Assembly (NCBI GenBank): GCA_964016885.1
Contig: OZ024740.1
Span: 8,432,001 to 8,496,000, forward strand
DNA length: 64,000 bases
DNA from: Eledone cirrhosa
Lineage: Eukaryota
Direction: 5' to 3'
Shown here one piece after another: positions 55,301 to 64,000 of the stretch. How positions within the stretch are numbered: the first letter of the stretch is position 1; each line of letters starts with the position of its first letter. Under the pieces are notes generated by a model. The model saw only the letters and a list, made by a program, of their open reading frames with translations, did no database searches and was not told the origin of the DNA. The position numbers were made by a program, and so were the translations under genes.

Positions 55301-57445
55301 GTCAGTTTCGATTGGCATATCAGTTTCTATTGGTATATCAGTTTCGATTAATATATCAGTTTCTATTGGTATGTCAGTTTCGATTGGTATGTCAGTTTCT
55401 ATTGTTATGTCAGTTTCGATTGGTATATAAGTTTAGATTAGTATGTCAGTTTCAATTGGTATATCAGTTTCAATTGGTATATTAGTTTCGATTAGTATAT
55501 CAGTTTCTATAGCTATGTTAGTTTCTATTGGTATATCAGTTTTGACTGGTATATCAGTTTCGATTAGTATGTCAGTTTCGATTGTTATGTCAGTTTCGAT
55601 TTGTATATCAGTTCCGATTGGTATGTCAGTCTCGATTGGTATGTCAGTTTCGATTGGTATATCAGTTTCGATTGGTATATCAGTTTCGATTGGTATAGCA
55701 GTTTCGATTGGTATCTCAGTTTCTATTGTTATATCAGTTTCTATTGGTATGTCAGTTTCGATAGGTATGTCAGTTTCTATTGGTATATCAGTTTCGATTG
55801 GTATGTAATTTCTATTGGTATGTCAGTTTCGATTGGTATATCAGTTTCGATTGGTATGTCAGTTTCTATTGTTATATCAGTTTCTATTTGTATGTCAATT
55901 AGGATAGGTATGTCAGTTTCTATTGGTATATCAGTTTCGATTGGTATGTCAGTTTCTATTGGTATGTCAGTTTTGATTGGTATATCAGTTTCGATTGGTA
56001 TGTCAGTTTCGATTGGTATGTCAGTTTCGATTGGTATATCAGTTCCGATTGGTATGTCAGTTTCGATTGGTATGTCAGTTTCGATTGGTATATCAGTTTC
56101 GATTGGTATGTAAGTTTCGATTGGTATGTCAATTTCAATTGGTATATCAGTTTCTATTGGTATGTCAGTTTCGAGTGGTATGACAGTTTCTATTGGTATA
56201 TAAGTTTCGATTGATATATCAGTTTCGAATAGTATGTCAGTTTCTACTGGTATGTCAGTTTCGATTAGTATATCAGTTTCTATTGGTATGTCAGTTTCGA
56301 TTGGTATATCAGTTTCGATTTGTATATCAGTTCCTATTGCTATATCAAATTCTATTGGTATGTCAGTTTCAATTGGTATGTAAGTTTCGATTGATGTATC
56401 AGTTTCGATTGGTATATCAGTTTCGATTGGTATGTCAATTTCAATTAGTATATCAGTTTCTATTGGTATATCAGTTTCGATTTGTATATCAGTTTCTATA
56501 GGTATGTCAATTTCTATTGGTATATCTGTTTCTATTGCTATATCAGTTTCGATTGATATATCAGTTTCGATTAGTATGTCCGTTTCTACTGGTATGCCAG
56601 TTTCGATTAGTATATCAGTTTCTATTGGTATATCAGTTTCGATTAGTATGTCAGTTTCTATTGGTATGTTAGTTTCGATTAGTATATCAGTTTCTATTGG
56701 TATGTCAGTTTCGATCGGTATGTCAGTTTCTATTGGTATGTCAGTTTCGATCGGTATGTCAGTTTCGATTGGTATATCAGTTTCTATAGGTATGTCATTT
56801 TCTATTGGTATATCAGTTTCGACTGGTATATCAGTTTCGACTAGAATGTCAGTTTCGATTGTTATGTCAGTTTCTATTGGTATATCAGTTTTGATTGGTA
56901 TATCAGTCTCGAATGGTATATCAGTTTCTATTAGTATATCAGATTCGATTGGTATTTCAGTTTCTATTGGTATATCAGTTTCAATTGATATGTCAATTTC
57001 TATTGGTATATCAGTTTCAATTGGTATGTTTCTTTCTATTGGTAAGTTAGTTTTGATTAGTATATCAGTTTCGATTGGTATATCAGTTTCGATTGGTATA
57101 TCACTTTCTATTAGTATATCAGTTTCGATTGGTATGTCAGTTTCGATTAGTATATCAGTTTCTATTGGTATGTCAGTTTCTATTGGTATATCAGTTTCAA
57201 TTGGTATATCAGTTTCTATTGGTATATAAGTTTCTATTGGTATATCAGTTTCCTTTGGTATGTCAGATTCGATTGGTATGTCAGTTTCGATTGGTATGTC
57301 AGTTTCGATTGTTATATAAGTTTCTATTGGTATATCAGTTTCCATTGGTATGTCAGATTCGATTGGTATGTCAGTTACTATTGGTATATCTGTTTCGATT
57401 GGTAGGTCAGTTTCTATTGGTATGTCAGTTTTTATTAGTATATCA
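52368..57445. repeat. 18-bp tandem satellite array, segment between the two SINE copies
   Basis: The same monomer resumes in the same orientation immediately after the (ATG)n tail. Confidence 0.99.
52390..52394 (+). terminator. Putative Pol III terminator (T5) downstream of SINE copy 1
   Basis: First run of four or more T after the SINE start, within the variant monomer ttagtttttatt. Function is inferred only. Confidence 0.45.
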
Positions 57446-57454
57446 GGAGGCACA

Positions 57455-57510
57455 TGGCTTAGTGGTTAGAGCATTGGCCTTGCAATCGAAAGGTTGTGAG
57501 TTCAATTCTC
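57455..57510 (+). promoter_or_regulatory. RNA polymerase III type-2 internal promoter of SINE copy 2 (A box 57455-57465, B box 57498-57510)
   Basis: Same motifs as copy 1. Confidence 0.85.
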
Positions 57511-57769
57511 ATACCGGGTGATGTGTTGTTTCCTTGAGAAAAAGACACTTTATTTCACATTGCTCCAGTTTACTCAGCTGTAGAAATGAGATGATAGGGA
57601 CTGGTGTCCTTATAATTCCACTGCAAAGTGCTCGTGGAGGTGCCACGGCAAAAAAGCACCCAGCACTCACTATAAAAGAGGTTGGTGTTAGGAAGGGCAT
57701 CCAGCTGTAGAAATCAAGCCAGAATCAGTTCTCGCCCCACCCTTGCAAGCAGGGAAAAGCGGACGTAAA

Positions 57770-57802
<33 letters not shown>
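57770..57802 (+). repeat. (ATG)11 microsatellite tail of SINE copy 2
   Basis: 33 nt of perfect ATG repeat following ggacgtaaa. Confidence 0.97.
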
Positions 57803-60800
57803 TCTGTTTCTATTGGTATATTAGTTTTTATTGGTATATCAGTTTCGATTGGGATGTCAGTTTCGATTGGTATGTCAGTTTCGATTGGTATATCAGTTTA
57901 GATTGTTTTGTCAGTTTCGATTGCTATATCAGTTTCAAATGGTATGTCAATCTCGATCGGTATGTCAGTTTCGATTGGTATATCACTTTCTATTGGTATG
58001 TCGGTTTCTATTGGTATATCAGTTTTGATTGTTATATCAGTTTCGATTGGTATATCAGTTTCTATTAGTATGTCAGTTTCTATTGGTATATCAGTTCCTA
58101 TTGGTATGTCAGTTTCGACTGGTATGTCAGTTTCGATTGGTATGTTAGTCCTTGATTTGTATGTCAGTTTCTATTGGTATATCAGTTTTGATTGGTATAT
58201 CAGTTTCAATTTGTTTGTCAGTTTCTATTTGTATATCAGTTTCTATTGGTATGTCAGTTTCGATTGGTATGTCAGTTTCGATTGGTATATCACTTTTGAT
58301 TGGTATGTCAGTTTCTATTGGTATGTCAGTTTCGATTATTATATCAGTTACTATTAGTACGTCAGTTTCGATTGGTATGTCAGTTTCGATTGGTATATCA
58401 GTTTCGATTGGTATGTCAGTTTCGATTGGTATGTCAGTTTCGAGTGGTATGTCAGTTTCTATTGGTATATAAGTTTCGATTCATATATCAGTTTCGATTA
58501 GTATGTCAGTTTCTACTAGTATGTCAGTTTCGATTAGTATATCAGTTTCTATTGGTATGTCAGTTTCGATTGGTATATCAGTTTCGATTTGTATATCAGT
58601 TACTATTGCTATATCTGTTTCTATTGGTATGTCAGTTTCAATTGGCATGTCAGTTTCGATTGGTATGTCAGTTTCGATTGGTTTATCAGTTTCGATTGGT
58701 ATGTAAGTTTTGATTGGTATGTCAGTTTCGATTGGTATATCAGTTTCGATTGGTATATCAGTTTCTATTGGTAAGTCAGTTTCTATTGGTATGTCAGTTT
58801 CGATTGATAAATCAGTTTCGAATAGTATGTCAGTTTCTACTGGTATGTCAGTTTCGATTAGTATATCAGTTTCTATTGGTATGTCAGTTTCGATAGGTAT
58901 GTCAGTTTCTATTGGTATATCAGTTTCGATTGGTATGTAAGTTTCTATTGGTATGTCAGTTTCGATTGGTATATCAGTTTCGATTGGTATGTCAGTTTCT
59001 ATTGTTATATCAGTTTCTATTTGTATGTCAATTAGGATAGTTATGTCAGTTTCTATTGGTATATCAGTTCCTATTGGTATGTCAGTTTCAATTGGCATGT
59101 CAGTTTCGATTGGTATGTCAGTTTCGATTGGTTTATCAGTTCCGATTGGTATGTAAGTTTTGATTGGTATGTCAGTTTCGATTGGTATATCAGTTTCGAT
59201 TGGTATATCAGTTTCTATTGGTAAGTCAGTTTCTATTGGTATGTCAGTTTCGATTGATAAATCAGTTTCGAATAGTATGTCAGTTTCTACTGGTATGTCA
59301 GTTTCGATTAGTATATCAGTTTCTATTGGTATGTCAGTTTCGATAGGTATGTCAGTTTCTATTGGTATATCAGTTTCGATTGGTATGTAAGTTTCTATTG
59401 GTATGTCAGTTTCGATTGGTATATCAGTTTCGATTGGTATGTCAGTTTCTATTGTTATATCAGTTTCTATTTGTATGTCAATTAGGATAGTTATGTCAGT
59501 TTCTATTGGTATATCAGTTACGATTGGTATGTCAGTTTCTATTGGTATGTCTGTTTTGATTGGTATATCAGTTTCGATTGGTATGTCAGTTTCGATTGGT
59601 ATGTCAGTTTCGATTGGTATATCAGTTCCGATTGGTATGTCAGTTTCGATTGGTATGTCAGTTTCGATTGGTATATCAGTTTCGATTGGTATGTAAGTTT
59701 CGATTGGTATGTCAATTTCAATTGGTATATCAGTTTCTATTGGTATGTCAGTTTCGAGTGGTATGACAGTTTCTATTGGTATATAAGTTTCGATTGATAT
59801 ATCAGTTTCGAATAGTATGTTAGTTTCTACTGGTATGTCAGTTTCGATTAGTATATCAGTTTCTATTGGTATGTCAGTTTCGATTGGTATATCAGTTTCG
59901 ATTTGTATATCAGTTCCTATTGCTATATCAATTTCTATTGGTATGTCAGTTTCAATTGGTATGTAAGTTTCGATTGATGTATCAGTTTCGATTGGTATGT
60001 CAGTTTCGATTGGTATATCAGTTTCGATTGGTATGTCAATTTCAATTAGTATATCAGTTTCTATTGGTATATCAGTTTCGATTTGTATATCAGTTTCTAT
60101 AGGTATGTCAATTTCTATTGGTATATCTGTTTCTATTGCTATATCAGTTTCGATTGATATATCAGTTTCGATTAGTATGTCCGTTTCTACTGGTATGCCA
60201 GTTTCGATTAGTATATCAGTTTCTATTGGTATATCAGTTTCGATTAGTATGTCAGTTTCTATTGGTATGTTAGTTTCGATTAGTATATCAGTTTCTATTG
60301 GTATGTCAGTTTCGATCGGTATGTCAGTTTCTATTGGTATGTCAGTTTCGATCGGTATGTCAGTTTCGATTGGTATATCAGTTTCTATTGGTATGTCAGT
60401 TTCGATTGGTATATCAGTTTCGATTGGTATGTCAATTTCAATTAGTATATCAGTTTCTATTGGTATATCAGTTTCGATTTGTATATCAGTTTCTATAGGT
60501 ATGTCAATTTCTATTGGTATATCTGTTTCTATTGCTATATCAGTTTCGATTGATATATCAGTTTCGATTAGTATGTCAGTTTCTACTGGTATGTCAGTTT
60601 CGATTAGTATATCAGTTTCTATTGGTATGTCATTTTCTATTGGTATATCAGTTTCGATTGGTATATCAGTTTCGATTAGTATGTCAGTTTCTATTGGTAT
60701 GTAAGTTTCGATTAGTATATCAGTTTCTATTGGTATGTCAGTTTCGATCGGTATGTCAGTTTCGATTGGTATATCAGTTTCTATTGGTATGTCAGTTTTG

Positions 60801-63800
60801 ATTGGTATATCAGTTTCGATTGGTATGTCAGTTTCGATTGGTATATCAGTTCCGATTGGTATGTCAGTTTCGATTGGTATGTCAGTTTCGATTGGTATAT
60901 CAGTTTCGATTTGTATATCAGTTCCGATTGGTATGTCAGTTTCGATTGGTATGTCAGTTTCGATTGGTATATCAGTTTCGATTGGTATGTCAGTTTCGAT
61001 TGGTATGTCAATTTCGATTGGTATATCAGTTTCTATAGGTATGTCAGTTTCGATTGTTATGTCAGGTTCTATTGGTATATCAGTTTCGATTGGTATATCA
61101 GCTTCGATTAGTATATCAATTTCTATTGGTATGCCAGTTTCGATTAGTATATTAGTTTCTATTGGTATGTCAGTTTCTATTGGTATATCAGCTTCGATTG
61201 GTATATCAGTTTCGATTAGTATGTCAGTTTCTAATGGTATGTCAGTTTCGATTAGTATATCAGTTTATATTGCTATATCAGTTTCGATTGGTATGTCAGT
61301 TTCTATTGTTATATCAGTTTCTATTGGTATGTCAGTTTCGATAGGTATGTCAGTTTCTATTGGTATGTCAGTTTCGATTGGTATATCAGTTTCGATTGGT
61401 ATGTCAGTTGCTATTTTTTATATCAGTTTCTATTTGTATGTCAGTTAGGATAGGTATGTCAGTTTCTATTGGTATATCAGTTTCGATTGGTATGTCAGTT
61501 TCTATTGGTATGTCAGTTTCTATTGGTATATCAGTTTCGATTGGTATATCAGTTTCGATTGGTATGTCAGTTTCGATTGGTATATCAGTGTCGATTGGTA
61601 TGTCAATTTCTATTAGTATGTCAGTTTCTATTAGTATATCAGTTTCGATTGGTATGTCAGTTTCAATTAGTATCTCAGTTTCTATAGGTATGTCAGTTTC
61701 TATTGTTATATCAGTTTCGATTGGTATATCTGTTTCGATGGTATGTCAGTTTCGATTGGTATATCAGTTTCTATTGGTATATCAGTTTCGATTAATATAT
61801 CAGTTTCTATTGGTATGTCAGTTTCGATTGGTATGTCAGTTTCTATTGTTATGTCAGTTTCGATTGGTATATAAGTTTAGATTATTATGTCAGTTTCAAT
61901 TGGTATATCAGTTTCGATTGGTATATTAGTTTCGATTAGTATATCAGTTTCTATAGCTATGTTAGTTTCTATTGGTATATCAGTTTTGACTGGTATATCA
62001 GTTTCGATTAGTATGTCAGTTTCTATTGTTATGTCAGTTTCGATTTGTATATCAGTTCCGAATGGTATGTCAGTCTCGATTGGTATGTCAGTTTCGATTG
62101 GTATATCAGTTTCGATTGGTATATCAGTTTCGATTGGTATAGCAGTTTCGATTGGTATCTCAGTTTCTATTGTTATATCAGTTTCTATTGGTATGTCAGT
62201 TTCGATAGGTATGTCAGTTTCTATTGGTATATCAGTTTCGATTGGTATGTAATTTCTATTGGTATGTCAGTTTCGATTGGTATATCAGTTTCGATTGGTA
62301 TGTCAGTTTCTATTGTTATATCAGTTTCTATTTGTATGTCAATTAGGATAGGTATGTCAGTTTCTATTGGTATATCAGTTTCAATTGGTATGTCAGTTTC
62401 TATTGGTATGTCAGTTTTGATTGGTATATCAGTTTCGATTGGTATGTCAGTTTCGATTGGTAAGTCAGTTTCGATTGGTATATCAGTTCCGATTGGTATG
62501 TCACATTCGATTGGTATGTCAGTTTCGATTGGTATATCAGTTTCGATTGGTATGTAAGTTTCGATTGGTATGTCAATTTCAATTGGTATATCAGTTTCTA
62601 TTGGTATGTCAGTTTCGAGTGGTATGACAGTTTCTATTGGTATATAAGTTTCGATTGATATATCAGTTTCGAATAGTATGTCAGTTTCTACTGGTATGTC
62701 AGTTTCGATTAGTATATCAGTTTCTATTGGTATGTCAGTTTCGATTGGTATATCAGTTTCGATTTGTATATCAGTTCCTATTGCTATATCAATTTCTATT
62801 GGTATGTCAGTTTCAATTGGTATGTAAGTTTCGATTGATGTATCAGTTTCGATTGGTATATCAGTTTCGATTGGTATGTCAATTTCAATTAGTATATCAG
62901 TTTCTATTGGTATATCAGTTTCGATTTGTATATCAGTTTCTATAGGTATGTCAATTTCTATTGGTATATCAGTTTCTATTGGTATGTCAGTTTCGAGTGG
63001 TATGTCAGTTTCTATTGGTTTATAAGTTTCGATTGATATATCAGTTTCGATTAGTATGTCAGTTTCTACTGGTATGTCAGTTTCGATTAGTATATCAGTT
63101 TCTAATGGTATGTCAGTTTCTATTGGTATATCAGATTCGATTGGTATATCACTTTCGATTAGTATGTCAGTTTCTATTGGTATGTCAGTTTTGATTGGTA
63201 TATCAGTTTCAATTGGTATATCAGTTTCGATTGGTATGTCAGTTTCTATTGGTATATCACTTTCTATTGGTATGTCAGTTTTGATTGGTATATCAGTTTC
63301 GATTGGTATGTCAATTTCGATTGGTATGTCAGTTTCGATTGGTATATCAGTTCCGATTGGTATGTCAGTTTCGATTGGTACTTCAGTTTCGATTGGTATA
63401 TCAGTTTCGATTGGTATGTCAGTTTCAATTGGTATGTAAGTTTCGATTAGTATATCAGTTTCGATTCATATGTCAATTTCGATTGGTATATCAGTTTCGA
63501 TTGGTATGTCAATTTCAATCAGTATGTCAGTTTCTATTGGTATATCAGTTTCAATTGGTATGTCAGTTTCGATTAGTATATCAGTTTCTATAGGTATGTC
63601 AGTTTCTATTGTTATATCAGTTTCGATTGGTATATCTGTTTCGATGGTATGTCAGTTTCGATTGGTATATCAGTTTCTATTGGTATATCCGTTCAATTAA
63701 TATATCAGTTTCGATTAGTATATCAGTTTCTATTGGTATGTCAGTTTCGATTGGTATGTCAGTTTCTATTGGTATGTCAGTTTCGATTGGTATCTCAGTT

Positions 63801-64000
63801 TCTATTTGTATGTCAATTTCGATTGGTATATAAGTTTAGATTAGTAGGTCAGTTTCTATTGGTATATCAGTTTCGACTGGTATATCAGTTTCGATTAGAA
63901 AGTCAGTTTCGATTGTTATGTCAGTTTCGATTTGTATATCAGTTCCGATTGGTATGTCAGTTTCGATTGGTATGTCAGTTTCGATTGGTATATCAGTTTC
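57803..64000. repeat. 18-bp tandem satellite array, right segment; runs off the window end
   Basis: Same monomer and orientation up to the last base. Confidence 0.99.
57825..57829 (+). terminator. Putative Pol III terminator (T5) downstream of SINE copy 2
   Basis: Same variant monomer as after copy 1. Function is inferred only. Confidence 0.45.

Larger units (their letters stand above)
57446..57802 (+). mobile_element. tRNA-derived SINE, copy 2
   Basis: No difference from copy 1 found by eye, including tail length and both junctions (tagtatatca|ggaggc and gatg|tctgtttc). Confidence 0.92.
51343..62970. repeat. SINE-containing tandem segmental duplication (unit 1 about 51343-56777, unit 2 about 56778-62970)
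   Basis: Offset is 5435 across the SINE and flanks (51640/57075, 52074/57509, 52717/58152). It then changes to 5561, 6065, 6461 and 6444 through whole-monomer gains and losses. Confidence 0.88.

Noticed and set aside
1-64000. CRISPR array or other repeat-spacer system
   Set aside because: Monomers abut directly with no unique spacers, leader or associated genes.
1-64000. Splice-donor-like GGTATGT and acceptor-like TCAG in each monomer
   Set aside because: There is no exon context, branch point or polypyrimidine tract, and such short matches are expected by chance.
1-64000. Monomer as a dimer of 9-bp subunits, or as a telomeric repeat
   Set aside because: The halves GGTATRTCA and GTTTCKATT match at only about 3 of 9 positions. 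There are no TTAGGG-type tracts, and the ttagg in one variant monomer is isolated.

Overview
This window is almost entirely a eukaryotic-type tandem satellite array of roughly 3,500 head-to-tail copies of an 18-bp AT-rich monomer (consensus GGTATRTCAGTTTCKATT), all in one orientation. Variant monomers are organised into nested, kilobase-scale higher-order repeats, with periods of about 3707, 3725/2052, 4518/2754 and 5435-6444 bp, each within a base or two of a multiple of 18. The only non-satellite DNA is two apparently identical 357-bp copies (52011-52367, 57446-57802) of a tRNA-derived SINE. It has Pol III A/B boxes, a CORE-like middle, an RTE-like structured 3' part and an (ATG)11 tail. It resembles, from memory, octopus/cephalopod SINEs. 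The SINE inserted once and was then duplicated along with its satellite flanks. I find no credible protein-coding gene, functional tRNA or CRISPR array; the ORF track is an artefact of the 18-bp (6-codon) period. I see no evidence for a novel multi-gene system. The points of interest are the array architecture, the embedded SINE (which looks like a complete Pol III unit) and the pattern of monomer polymorphism. All comparisons were made by eye or from ORF-track offsets.
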